Notes: a model not told the origin generated them from the letters alone. 63,460 nt of DNA from Syncephalis fuscata S228 (GCA_025786725.1 JAHLTZ010000067.1:1-63460), one strand, 5' to 3'. Positions 1-13,916 are shown, counted from the first letter of the stretch. Numbers and translations are program-made.

Positions 1-230
1 GACAATTGACACTAAACTACTCATTATTATAGAACATGCTGCCAATAAATAGCGAGTATATTAAAAGGGCTAAACTAATGTAATAAAAGCCATTCGACCC
101 TCAAAAACACTTATTATCATAGAACATATTTTTAGTATAGTAGTGAATATGTTAAATAATAAAGTTATTGATTCAAAAAAACAATTGCCATCTTATAATT
201 TTATAATTTGAATGAAGATAATGACTGCTT

Positions 231-2003
231 TTAGTCCTCACTGGCACTCGAAGAATCGGTAGAATCGGTGAAGCTTTCGGACTCGGTGAAGCGGCTTGAT
301 GGGAGCTCATTCATAATGGTTTGGTCGGGACTGTCGGCCTTCTTGACGTGGTGGTGGTGCTGATGAGCTTTGTGCATGACTTGGCGACGTGTGCGGATTT
401 TGCGGTGGGGCATAGCAACATGATCTTTGCTTTCGGTCATTGGTACTGGCACGGTTGTTTGTACATCATCTGCGTCTTCGTTCTCGGCTCCGGCAACAAC
501 GGCGACTTCATCCATATCTGCTTCGTCCTCATCGGCCTCAGGATCAACAAGAGCCTCTGTAGATACTTCTGCATCCTCTTCAGCATCCATCTCAATGTTA
601 TCGTCTGCTACAGCATCTTCGGGAGCCACATCCATAAGCTGTACTCGTTGAATACGCTCAAACGCCGCATTCTCGGGAGCGATAGCACCGGTACGTTCGG
701 CAAAATCTAGATTGGTTTCTGCGAATTCGCGCTGAAGTTCACGGACCTCCTCTTCGGCTTCAGAGTGAGTCATTGGCTGCTTCATTTCGCTTTCGTCAGA
801 GCGACGGTAAAGGCGGTAGTATTCGTTTGAGCTCTTCTCTCCTTCGTTGTCGTCGTCATCATCTTCATCAGCATCTTCGTACTTCTTCTCGGTCTTCTTG
901 TGCCATAATTCGTAGCATTTGGCCAAACTGTGATCCTTCTTGGCACACTTCAAAATAAATTCCTTGTCTGGAGACGAGCAATAGCCGTGGTCGAAACCGG
1001 CTGCCAAACATTTCTTAATCCACCATGGGAGCTCACCCGATGGACCATAGCCTGGCCCGTATGAGTTGTCGTTGGATTCATAATCCGGTTTACCATAATG
1101 TTCCTCTGGATGGCCACCGTAATACTCTTCTGGATGGCCGTCGTGGTGTCCTTCAAAATGGCCATCATGATGATCTTCGAAACGGCCGTCGTGATGTCCT
1201 TCAAAATGACCACCATGGTGGCCTTCGAAATGGCCATCGTGATGATCATCGAAATGACCACGGTGATGTTCACCAGGATAGCCACCGTGATAGCCTTCAA
1301 AATGACCATCGTGGCGACCATCGAAATGGTCACGGTGATGTTCATCAGGGTAGCCACCATGATGACCTTCGAAATGGCCACCATGATGTCCTTCGAAATG
1401 GTCACCATGATGTTCACCAGGATAACCACCATGATGGCCTTCAAAATGACCATCGTGATGCTCGCCAGGATAACCACCATGATGGCCTTCAAAATGACCA
1501 TCGTGATGCTCGCCAGGATAACCACCATGATGGCCTTCGAAATGGTCACCATGGTGACCTTCAAAGTGTGGCTCTTTACCTTCAGGATAAAGTGGCTTGC
1601 CAATGCAAACAACATGTGCACAAGCTTCACAGCTATCTGGAACAATTTTGCATTGAGTGTCGGCTGGGCAAGAAGTGCAGCCTAGAGGTTCTTTCTTACA
1701 GACAACACACTCGGTAGGCTTATTTTTTCCGTTGAAAGAGGCTGGCTTTGTTGACTCCAACGAGAGGGCGTTACCTGAAGTTGGCTCTACAGGCATAGCG
1801 TTGTTATTCATTGCAGTGTTTGGATCTGCGCCCATGATTTGATCAAATGTAGGGCGCATCTGATCAGCTGGACCTTGCATATCCATCGCTGGCCCCATCA
1901 TACCGACATCAAACGGTACTTGGCCCATAGCATCTTGGGCACATACGGCACCAAGCGCACAAAGGAGAAGAGCGGCACTAATGATGCTCTTTTCTTTCAA
2001 CAT
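231..2003 (-). CDS. Secreted His/Gly-rich repeat protein with an Opy2-N-like 8-Cys domain
   Basis: Intronless ORF. The ATG at 2003 gives MLKEKSIISAALLLCALGAVCA (signal peptide). It then has CVVC..CTSCP...C....C..C....C (Opy2 N-terminal-like pattern), FEGHHGGYPGEHHDGH-type repeats, a second 4-Cys block and an acidic tail. Confidence 0.8.
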   Translation of the reverse strand: MLKEKSIISAALLLCALGAVCAQDAMGQVPFDVGMMGPAMDMQGPADQMRPTFDQIMGADPNTAMNNNAMPVEPTSGNALSLESTKPASFNGKNKPTECVVCKKEPLGCTSCPADTQCKIVPDSCEACAHVVCIGKPLYPEGKEPHFEGHHGDHFEGHHGGYPGEHHDGHFEGHHGGYPGEHHDGHFEGHHGGYPGEHHGDHFEGHHGGHFEGHHGGYPDEHHRDHFDGRHDGHFEGYHGGYPGEHHRGHFDDHHDGHFEGHHGGHFEGHHDGRFEDHHDGHFEGHHDGHPEEYYGGHPEEHYGKPDYESNDNSYGPGYGPSGELPWWIKKCLAAGFDHGYCSSPDKEFILKCAKKDHSLAKCYELWHKKTEKKYEDADEDDDDDNEGEKSSNEYYRLYRRSDESEMKQPMTHSEAEEEVRELQREFAETNLDFAERTGAIAPENAAFERIQRVQLMDVAPEDAVADDNIEMDAEEDAEVSTEALVDPEADEDEADMDEVAVVAGAENEDADDVQTTVPVPMTESKDHVAMPHRKIRTRRQVMHKAHQHHHHVKKADSPDQTIMNELPSSRFTESESFTDSTDSSSASED

Positions 2004-3793
2004 GTTTATAAAAGGTATTGCTTTTAATACACTTTGGAAAAAAATTAATTTTTGGCGCAGTAGATAATAAAGCGCACGCAAATTGGTAAATAATGAATAT
2101 TCAAAAGTACTTTTGTCGTTTTCCCAGTGCTAACAGCGTAGGCCAGACAATATATAAAAGGTGTTGGCGATGCAGCGACTAATGTGTGGTGATATGAGAA
2201 ACTGACCGTGTTGTAATCGCAATTATATATTATTGTGCTATTGAGTCGCAGTTTGTTAATGGCTCCTGAAGTGGTCAAAAAGGGATTATTTGTTGTCGGC
2301 AACAGCAATAACCAACACTGCTAATGACTAACAGCCCCTTAGCAAATACGTACTGGCTTTTGTTGCGGCCAATAGTACAAAAATGCGCCAGGAGAACCCG
2401 CATTCTTTTGTACACCTCCTGCATCAATAACGCCCCCTTGTGCTGCACTATAAGGGATATGAACGCAGTCGTTAACCGAACCCAGGGGAGATTCACTGGT
2501 GTTGACTAGCTCTATTAGTACAATATGCTGCCCCTTTAGTAACTATTAATTGGATATTAACGCACGTGCCTAAACTGTATCTATAATATTGTGCACAAGC
2601 AACATTGTTGATTTAATTGCATTTTATTAAGTTTGACGGTCATTGCGCTAACTTCGATAATGCATTGATATTGTTTTTCCATTTTTAATATGAATAAACT
2701 TTAACATTTAGCAACAATAGCAACCACTGTATTGTACTTTACTGAGACGGAGTTATTGTACTTTTTACATTTTTTATTTGTCCATTTCACTTACTTTTCT
2801 TAATACTCTTAGACACAATTAAACACTCATTCATTACTATAACATGTATAATATCGCATCCAACACTAATTAATTCATGTGTAATTATCAGTATAATAAT
2901 GTAATTAATTAGTTATTTTATTATTGCTTTAATATATATATATATTGTCATTTATTTAGTCAGATTGGCTATAGGGGAAATGACTGTTTAATAAACGACA
3001 TTTATACTAATTATATTAATATTGATCTTACATCACAAATATGCCCAGAATGCTATAATAAAATAGTAGAAAATAAAAGAGAACATTTAGGCGCAATAAT
3101 CCATGCTGATGTAGATGCAACAACAACAAATGCAGAATGACACGGAATCGCAATCATATGGCTTTTATTGATATTCGATCAATCTTTCTACGCATAACCA
3201 ACAACAATAATGATTAACCTCAAACGTTTCAATGAAATCAAATGTTATGTTACATTATTTATTTAAACCAATCTATTAGCAATATTTTAATAGGAAGTAA
3301 CATAACCATGCTTGTTGTGCATGACTGTATGACTTTGACTGGAACGAATTTTGCTATGAGGACTTAAAATAAAAAAGTCAAATGCAATTTGGCCAAGAGC
3401 CTTTACACAAGCAGTCTTATTATTAGTAAATGCAATGTTTCTGCTGGATGTTACAACCATTGCATAATAAACATTACAGTATAAGATTAAAATATTTTAT
3501 TAAATATTAATAAAAACATAGTGCATGGTTTAAAAATAATTAATTTTAAAATATTAGCTTATAGCTACATCTTTAGCATAAATGGAAAATAAAACAAAAT
3601 AATAAACGATTGTACAAGTTACATTAAACCAAATCTTTATCTATTCTACATTAACATAACTAACTTTAATTCACATATTAGCTTAGTTTAGTATGTTTAT
3701 TAGATATTGGGATACATATTTTGTATTAGTCTGGCCGGACTAACAGAATTTTCAACGGAGGTAAGTAATACAACAACTAATCGCTTTGCTGAG

Positions 3794-6700
3794 CTATACT
3801 TCGTATATATTGTTATCCTCTGCTTGATAAGTATTTTCGCTGAGAAAGTCGCTATCACTACTTTCGCTACTTTCATCGCTATCTCCATATTTATCTGATT
3901 CATTTTCACTTTCATATCCATCAGCAATCTCAGCATCATCATCATCAGCATCATCATTATGTGGTGCGAAACTGATGGGTGGTGGGCTGTGACCCAGTTC
4001 ATCAACGAATATAGTTGGACGACCGCCAATGTCTAGATGATCTGCAGGTATATCCACGCTGTTAGGATCGATATCAGGACTCAATTGTCCTATTTCTACT
4101 TCACTACCGCTGCCAACACCGCTTAACAAGGTGCGTACACGCTCCGCACTCGTGTTGCTTTCTATTGTTTGTGCTGCACCACTATCAGCACCGTTACCAT
4201 TAATGACATTATTCCTATTTTCGATTTGTAATGCCGATATGTTAAGTTGAGTACGGCGTAACCGACGTCGACAGATGGCAATCTTTTTCTCAATCACCAT
4301 ACGATTTTCAATCATATGTAGTTTTGGCCAGGTACGGCGCCGACCCTTATTCATATAATGAACCATGCTTTCTGGTGTTGGATCTTTCAATAGTCTGGGA
4401 TAGTCTCCTGGGGCAATCTTAGGAATAATGGTAACGTTGCCGTGAAAGCGCTGCAGCCATAAAAATGCCAAATCTTCGTCCATAATACGAGGCAGTAATT
4501 CCAAATCGGACACAATACGAACCCATTTTTTTAGATCCAATTTTAAGCCGTGTTCAATAGATGAGGCCACGAAGCCACCTCGCCTATAATAGATATATTA
4601 ATAAATGAACCAACAAGTAGTAACGTTCAGCTCACCATCCTTGACCACGTAAATGAGACGATGGTCTACCTACACTACCGCGATGGTCATAGAAGAACAG
4701 GATGACATGCGGATTAACTTGGCTTACAATGGTATATCGAACATTAAACTAATAAATCATAATATAAGATTATTTAACTTCGTGTTATCATGATAATACT
4801 TACGTAATGATTTAATGCTTCAATTGGAATATCCACTCGTAGACTTCCATCACGCCATGTATGACCACTATGAATGAATGGTTCGGCTTCACCTGCTTCA
4901 TTTTTCATCATAAGCACAACTGGTTGCAACAAACCAGGAACGGCAGAGCTAGCCAACACTAAAAACAACAGTCAATTAACCAATACATTAAATAACAGGC
5001 TTTCAACACCACTACCCACATGCACTCCATATAATAACATCAGGCGCCGTTAGATGATTGAGCAATTTTGGCGGTCCATGGCCGCCATATGGCACTACAG
5101 TTACATTAAGAATACGACCAGTACGTTCAAATGCCTCACGGAATGTTGTGCTTCCAAATGTTACCCACTGAAGTTTCTCGGCCATTTCTGTCACTTCAAG
5201 CCTGTATAAACTTGTAATTAGTATACTCGGTCGTTATTGCTAATAAGTATTAGTGAACCTACATGACACGTTTTTGGATAAATCGCTTAGCTACCGTCTA
5301 TGGATTATAATAGTATATATTACATTAGTTTATTATCTCAATATTTCTTCTACTTACTATCCATCCATCGGTAAATGGATTAATACGGTCTGCCAATTGT
5401 GGTGTTATTAAAGGGCGTAGCTCCTCATCAGTACGCACACCAATAATAGCCGCTAAATTAGTGTAATTAGCACTCATCAATAATCATTTATCCATAAACT
5501 ACTTACCAATAAGTGCACCACCACTTGTACCAGTAACCACCTTGGGCAGCAATTGTCGGTCCAATAATGCCTGAATAACACCAAAGTGATAATAAGCAAA
5601 AGATGCACCTCCACTAAGACACAGGGCCGTGCGACCATAGCTACGGCTGGCCTTTTTAAAAAAACGTATTTTCTTTTCTAAGGATAGCGTATTTGATTCG
5701 TAGATATGTTCAAGTGAACCGGTAACTATAAAATAATATATATTTAACAAATATTAAATTACTTATTATTCAGCCTACCTTGATTGACATAACGTTCCAA
5801 TACGTCTTTAGTGCCATAATAGGTGCGTGAATAAAGACGAGAATTTTCACATCCGCCAATATTGCTTTTCATCGCACCACTAAGTAATGCATCCTGTAAA
5901 CGTGGTACGGCCGATTCACCTTGCTCACGTAACTCGCGGAGAAGACGGCCTTGCTTATAAATTAATCGACCATCATACGAAGAATCAAGCGGCTCTCGTT
6001 TCCACGCATCTAGGCCCAGGTAGCGATCAAGTTCCATGGCCGCTTCTTTCCATTCGTTATAATCGCTAGTGTTTTGTAGCTTTTGACGCAGTCGATTCTT
6101 ATTGCCGCGCCTAAATCAAATAATTGATTATTGTATTAATATGTAACAATTTACGTAAAAATCAAACTTACCACGTAAAAAAATATTCCCACACATTAAC
6201 TATTTGTCGAACCAAGAAATATAATATTAATTCAAATAAAACAACACATAAAATGACCAGAAATAAAGGGATGCGTATAAAGGCATAGGTAATACTTGAG
6301 GCATGTGATGGCCGCGACCGTTTCCTCGGTCTTACAGCGCCCATCAGTGCTGAATGAATACTACGCTGGCTGCGTAGCCGTCCTAGATTGCGTAAGCGTG
6401 ATTTTAATGTCGATGCATGGTATGGGCCATTTGCTGTGTTTGTCCCCCCTCCAGCACTGCTACCTGAATTACGTTTTCGACGTAAAAGTGGCACCTCAAG
6501 TGTACTAGATCGTTCGCCACTATGTTGTGTTTGGCCGGCCATAGAAGAGCGACGTGACGTACCCAACGGTGTGCCGATTCCTGAAAAACTATTGTTTCTT
6601 GAACTACCTATACCGCTATAACTAGCACTGCCACTATTTGCTTCCTGTGACGCTGCTTGAGCGGCCAAACTTAGCGCCTGTTTAAAGGCAGCTAAATGAC

Positions 6701-6863
6701 GATGATCTGTATAGTCTCGGTCCAGCAAACGTAAATGCTCTTTTAACTCTGGCGATACAATAACTCGATTGCCTTCAACGCGCAGCTGTGGTCGCTGCAA
6801 TGGTGGTGGCAGTTTAGGCGGCGGCGTATTTAGCCGAGAAGTATCGCTATTGCTCGCCGACAT
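3794..6863 (-). CDS. Patatin-like phospholipase / triacylglycerol lipase (Tgl3/4/5 family), multi-exon
   Basis: ORF pieces carry GRTALCLSGGA (oxyanion hole), GTSGG (GxSxG nucleophile) and WRDGSL (catalytic Asp), plus an N-terminal hydrophobic segment. The pieces are joined by short GT-AG introns. Confidence 0.9.
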
Positions 6864-9699
6864 GGCAGCCAGCTATTTCTTTTTTTTCTATGATCACTAG
6901 ATGATGTGTGCAATGGTCGTATTGGTTTATCCAATCCAATGAATATTAATAAAGTACTCGATATTGCCAACGCTATATAACTAACAAAATAATATTAGTA
7001 AAAAGACTACTATTGCTATTACTACACAATGAACAATAGTTAATGGCAGAATGTTAAAACGAATGCAATAGTATAGAAGCTGGTCTGGCCACTAGGCTTG
7101 GCGTAATATACCGACTAGTCTTGCCTAGCCGTGAAATAACGCACTGCGTATACCAGTTATTTAAAATAGAAATACCGGTGTCGTTATTGTATACTATCAA
7201 ATCCGTCAATTGTACGAATAGCGGGCTGACCAGTGCAAAATAGATAATGCGCAGAACTGAAGTTTTGTCGTTAATACAATAACTAAAGAATCAATAGAAA
7301 AATGTTTAACGTTTAAAGCCCCAAACATTTTGTTTTGGATCATTGTAGAACAAGTGTGCCATTTTTGGGGGAAATTGAATAACAGCGACTAGCGGGGATA
7401 CAGACCAGCTGATTGGAAGTTACGAGTGTGTACCGATAAACTCATGGTTATGATGTAACTGTTTGGCTGGTTCTCGCCTTATTCGGGAAATAATACCCGC
7501 TTTTTATTCAGCAAATGAGTTTGTATGATATAATTGCGTACTAGTATTATGAGAAAATGCTATGAACTTGTTTGTTACTAAATTATCTCGTGCCTATCGG
7601 CTGTTCGCTGTTATTATTGCTATTCAGATACACATGCAACAACGGCATATTAAATTCAATAGTCGATAGACAGAGTGGTACAATAATCATTTTCCTTTCT
7701 TTCAATAAAAGTAGTAAGGAGCGTGTTTGTAGAAACAATAGAAATTTAATATTACAATTATACGCTTTATTTGTGTATTGATTTACACGGTAGTATTGAT
7801 CAAAGATTAAAGCAACCAGCGTAGTCCTCCATTTAGTATGTTGAGAAAGAAATATTATACACATGAATTAATTACTAATTTATAACATGCCTATTAGCTA
7901 CTCGCTACTCTTATTACCATCTAATACACATGTAATGATGAAATATTGATATCAATATTTGATAGGCATGGTTACACGATAGATGTTTTTGATTTTTCAT
8001 TGCCCATTGCTGCTGATGCATTATAATAGCATAAATGGTTTATTTAGCAGCTGACACATATTATTATTTTAAATAAAGTTTATTGCCTAAGATAGATATT
8101 AAATAATAACATGCTGTATATGTGCATTATAGGTAGTGTATACCGTATATCGTAGAATAGCCATAAAGTGTTTTATAGTTAATTAAACACTAAAAACAAT
8201 TGTAGACACAATGGTAATAAAACAGTCGACATCATTGTCTGTTTTATCACTATTCTAATTACATCATATAAACTTGGGCAAATATAAAGTATTTTAACGG
8301 CACTTGGATGAATTGTATTAGTATACATGTATATTCCATTAAGATTTGTTATAACTACCAATTGAAACTTGATTCCAATTAGTTGGTTTGTATACTGTAG
8401 AATAACCAGTGCTGATTTAAAATAAAACTGTAATTGGCATTACTAAACGAATAGAGCTGCCTAGTATGTTATGTATGTCATTTTAACCTATAACATACTT
8501 CACGCTTAATCGGTTGAATCCTGTAACACGAATGCTATTCGTCAGTTTATCACATTGTAAAGATACTGCTAATAATGATGTCTATTCAATATGAGCAATA
8601 GCAATAATAATTATTTGTATCACGGATGTAAAGAATGGCGTTTAAATAAAAGCACGGCTGTCGAATATTACACGAATAGTTATTTATACGGAAGAATAAC
8701 TGCATAGTACATTGGTCTTGGACGGTTTCAGGTGAGTCATGTTTTATTGCAAAAATTCGTAATCGTCACAATATAAGCCGGCCCTGCTGCTTTTGAACCA
8801 AGCATTATGTTTTTATCTCCTCTTGCTATTCTTTGTCGCTCGATATGACCTACGCCCCTTTCTCTTACCGCTGTTTGTTGCTCGATATGCTTATCATTTT
8901 TTAAATGTCCGATAATTACAAGACCGCTGCAACTTACTGTTTTATATGCTTAAGTTTAGTAAATGAGCGTGTGAGGAGCAATGCGGTTGTGTTCTTTGGC
9001 TATGTGAGCACCATTAGATATATAGTAAACTAGACACTATATGATTTGGCAGCATGCATTCCAACATGCTGTATACGGTGTTAGACTGCACATAGCCAAT
9101 AGGCCTTCTGTTCAGTGATATGGCGTTTGCTGTGTGTTTGTTTGTGGTAATTGCATTGCTAAGTATTTGGTGTATGGGCAGTAAAGATCTTTAGATATCG
9201 CCTATAACTAAATTGACTTGGATGTGGTGGTAGGATTAGTTGCTGTTTATATAACAGTCACTAGCTTGACCCTGTACGAACGTACATAGTGTTGCATACG
9301 GATAACGTATGCGATAGAGCCAGTGCGGTTGTGCGGGATGAGAGTAGTGGTTTGTGCGACTGGTTGAATAGTTTATCAACGTAATAGGGGCTGAGCTTCT
9401 GCTTGTGACGGTACAGTGACATTGCGGTTTGATGCTATGCCCAACAGTTATTTCGGGTGCTTAGCAATGTGATTATGCGGCAAGCATAATTGCTATAGTT
9501 TATTTACATGTATCGTTTGCTAATGTCACTTTTAATAGATATAGATTCCAGGCATGGTTATATTCAGCAAGCATAGAATTGCAATACATCGTTTAGTCAC
9601 TATTCTGTACCATTATCATTATACAGGTGTATTTTTATGAATAAATAAAGTTATTTTGCAAATATTACTGTTACAATCAGCTATATTTGATACAACTTT

Positions 9700-12600
9700 A
9701 GCACACTGCTTATCTTAATAGCAATAGTTTATTAATCATTTACTGTGATTTGATGGTTAAATAATCAAATTTAATAATAATTGCCTAATTGAACTAGACA
9801 TTTGTTTTATTGAAGATGGGCCAGGCGGTGAGAAATATTAAATAATAAAATTACTTTATTATATTATTTGTTTTGTGGTCAATAATTAACATTCACGTAA
9901 TTGCACTAGACTTTTTTCTATTGAACGTAATAATGGTGGTGAATGGCATTAAAGTTTAAACTACCCATCGTAGATTTATTATTCAGTATGCATATATTCT
10001 CTATTCCCCTATATTCTTTATCAGTATATAATCACCGCTATAAACATACCGATGTATATATAACTTTACGCTATATTGAATATATTCTATTTGCTATAAA
10101 TTTTAAGTACATATAGACTAATGAACGAATGAGTGACATTAGTCGAGATTTATTAATAATTAAGCCAGAGTCAAACAAACAATGGTTCTAGACGGCGCAT
10201 GTTCAATATATAATAAAATAATGTACATTATAATGAATATACTAACTGAAGCAACGATTAGCCTTACTAAAGCTATTGAGCATATATGCATGAGCAAATG
10301 ACCGACATTAGTCGACATTTATTAATAATGATGCTAGAACAAAAATAATAACAGTTTTGGATAGTGGAAGGCTATACAAATATAAAATAATATTGAATAT
10401 AATGAATATACAATGAAAAGGATATGATAAATGGTGTTAAATTTATAGTGCATATAATGCAATGAGAGGAATGAGCATTTGTGCTAAGCATTATGTGTTA
10501 GCATTTGTGCTAAGCATTATGTGTTAGCATTTGTGCTAAGCATTATGTGTTAGCATTTGTGCTAAGCATTATGTGTTAGCATTTGCGCTAAGCATTATGT
10601 GTTAGCATTTGCGCTAAGCATTATGTGTTAGCATTTGCGCTAAGCATTATGTGTTAGCATTTGCGCTAAGCATTATGTGTTAGCATTTGCGCTAAGCATT
10701 ATGTGTTAGCATTTGCGCTAAGCATTATGTGTTAGCATTTGCGCTAAGCATTATGTGTTAGCATTTGCGCTAAGCATTATGTGTTAGCATTTGCGCTAAG
10801 CATTATGTGTTAGCATTTGCGCTAAGCATTATGTGTTAGCATTTGCGCTAAGCATTATGTGTTAGCATTTGCGCTAAGCATTATGTGTTAGCATTTGCGC
10901 TAAGCATTATGTGTTAGCATTTGCGCTAAGCATTATGTGTTAGCATTTGCGCTAAGCATTATGTGTTAGCATTTGTGCTAAGCATTATGTGTTAGCATTT
11001 GTGCTAAGCATTATGTGTTAGCATTTGTGCTAAGCATTATGTGTTAGCATTTGCGCTAAGCATTATGTGTTAGCATTTGCGCTAAGCATTATGTGTTAGC
11101 ATTTGCGCTAAGCATTATGTGTTAGTATTTGTGCTAAGCATTATGTGTTAGCATTTGTGCTAAGCATTATGTGTTAGCATTTGTGCTAAGCATTATGTGT
11201 TAGCATTTGTGCTAAGCATTATGTGTTAGCATTTGTGCTAAGCATTATGTGTTAGCATTTGTGCTAAGCATTATGTGTTAGCATTTGTGCTAAGCATTAT
11301 GTGTTAGCATTTGTGCTAAGCATTATGTGTTAGCATTTGTGCTAAGCATTATGTGTTAGCATTTGTGCTAAGCATTATGTGTTAGCATTTGTGCTAAGCA
11401 TTATGTGTTAGCATTTGCGCTAAGCATTATGTGTTAGCATTTGCGCTAAGCATTATGTGTTAGCATTTGCGCTAAGCATTATGTGTTAGCATTTGCGCTA
11501 AGCATTATGTGTTAGCATTTGCGCTAAGCATTATGTGTTAGCATTTGCGCTAAGCATTATGTGTTAGCATTTGCGCTAAGCATTATGTGTTAGCATTTGC
11601 GCTAAGCATTATGTGTTAGCATTTGCGCTAAGCATTATGTGTTAGCATTTGCGCTAAGCATTATGTGTTAGCATTTGCGCTAAGCATTATGTGTTAGCAT
11701 TTGCGCTAAGCATTATGTGTTAGCATTTGCGCTAAGCATTATGTGTTAGCATTTGCGCTAAGCATTATGTGTTAGCATTTGCGCTAAGCATTATGTGTTA
11801 GCATTTGCGCTAAGCATTATGTGTTAGCATTTGCGCTAAGCATTATGTGTTAGCATTTGCGCTAAGCATTATGTGTTAGCATTTGCGCTAAGCATTATGT
11901 GTTAGCATTTGCGCTAAGCATTATGTGTTAGCATTTGCGCTAAGCATTATGTGTTAGCATTTGCGCTAAGCATTATGTGTTAGCATTTGCGCTAAGCATT
12001 ATGTGTTAGCATTTGTGCTAAGCATTATGTGTTAGCATTTGTGCTAAGCATTATGTGTTAGCATTTGTGCTAAGCATTATGTGTTAGCATTTGCGCTAAG
12101 CATTATGTGTTAGCATTTGCGCTAAGCATTATGTGTTAGCATTTGCGCTAAGCATTATGTGTTAGCATTTGCGCTAAGCATTATGTGTTAGCATTTGCGC
12201 TAAGCATTATGTGTTAGCATTTGCGCTAAGCATTATGTGTTAGCATTTGCGCTAAGCATTATGTGTTAGCATTTGCGCTAAGCATTATGTGTTAGCATTT
12301 GCGCTAAGCATTATGTGTTAGCATTTGCGCTAAGCATTATGTGTTAGCATTTGCGCTAAGCATTATGTGTTAGCATTTGCGCTAAGCATTATGTGTTAGC
12401 ATTTGCGCTAAGCATTATGTGTTAGCATTTGCGCTAAGCATTATGTGTTAGCATTTGCGCTAAGCATTATGTGTTAGCATTTGCGCTAAGCATTATGTGT
12501 TAGCATTTGCGCTAAGCATTATGTGTTAGCATTTGCGCTAAGCATTATGTGTTAGCATTTGCGCTAAGCATTATGTGTTAGCATTTGCGCTAAGCATTAT

Positions 12601-13916
12601 GTGTTAGCATTTGTGCTAAGCATTATGTGTTAGCATTTGTGCTAAGCATTATGTGTTAGCATTTGTGCTAAGCATTATGTGTTAGCATTTGTGCTAAGCA
12701 TTATGTGTTAGCATTATGTGCTAGCATTATGTGTTAGCATTATGTGCTAGCATTATGTGTTAGCATTATGTGCTAGCATTATGTGTTAGCATTATGTGCT
12801 AGCATTATGTGTTAGCATTATGTGCTAGCATTATGTGTTAGCATTATGTGCTAGCATTATGTGTTAGCATTATGTGCTAGCATTATGTGTTAGCATTATG
12901 TGCTAGCATTATGTGTTAGCATTATGTGCTAGCATTATGTGTTAGCATTATGTGCTAGCATTATGTGTTAACATTATGTGCCAGCATTTTTAACAACATT
13001 CGTGTAAGTAACTACATATCCGTTTTATTGAACATGAAACTAAATGCTAAATAGTATCAATCATTAAAATATTCATTATTGTATATTCATTATCTAGTAC
13101 GCATATATCATCATTACAATACTATGTTGTTACTGTTTATGTTATTTTATTTCTAACTTTCTTTCTATACATACTTATCAACTCATCGCGTTTCTGTTTT
13201 CCTTGAACTTGCTATTACTGCGAATATCCATCATTTTACTTGATCAACATTAAAGTTATAATCAATTTGTATTAACTAATTGTCAACCAGATAGTTACAC
13301 TGCACATATATGCATAAGCAAATAACCTAAATAACCTAAATTTTATTAGCAATTAAGCTAACACAAACAAACAGCAGCTCCAAATGACGCGTTAATACTA
13401 TATAATAGAATGATATAAAACGATAATACACGATATACAAGTATAAATAACGTTGTCAAAACTATAGTGCATATAACGCAATAAATGGACTGAATGAAGT
13501 GTATTGGTGTATATTAACAATAGAATGTATTCAATATGTCATAAAATGATATATAATAGTGTGGGACAGAATGGGAATGATATATATGAATAGAGGATAT
13601 ATGTACACTGAATATATGCATACTGGACAATAAATCTACAATGATGAGTATTTTAGACTTTAATGTCACTCACCACCCATCACCATGTTCATTAGATTCA
13701 ATGGTATTAAAAATAATCATTTGACCACTAGATTACAATAAAGACTAATAAATTGTTTAATAGTAATAAAGGAGATAAGATAGTTAATTAGATAAATTAC
13801 TGACATTGTTTGAATGACTGTATGAGTGTAGTTGTATGGATTACAAAGCTAAAGGTTAGCATTATAGAACATATCATTAATGAAGCAATAAGTATAATAT
13901 AACAGGTCAATAGTAA
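9700..13916. mobile_element. Diverged non-coding foldback-type repeat element hosting the satellite
   Basis: 9700-10470 aligns by eye with the 31.9-32.5 kb / 44.6-45.3 kb repeat family. 13571-13916 is a near-identical inverted copy of 31755-32101. The left boundary is approximate. Confidence 0.55.
10475..12990. repeat. Tandem minisatellite, 26-bp unit GCATTTG(C/T)GCTAAGCATTATGTGTTA
   Basis: 86 units over 10475-12710, then 10 units of GCATTATGTGCTAGCATTATGTGTTA (12711-12970) and a degenerate end. Confidence 0.98.

Noticed and set aside
321-1717. Long overlapping ORFs (950-1645, 1025-1717, 1098-1685, 321-710)
   Set aside because: Shadow frames of the repetitive His-rich coding region.
9120-9194. 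Short hydrophobic ORF MAFAVCLFVVIALLSIWCMGSKDL resembling a signal-peptide exon
   Set aside because: No convincing donor site or downstream micro-exon array; GT-rich sequence gives such peptides by chance.
10475-12990. Satellite as a CRISPR array or telomere
   Set aside because: No unique spacers, no cas genes, eukaryotic context, internal position and no G-rich telomeric strand.
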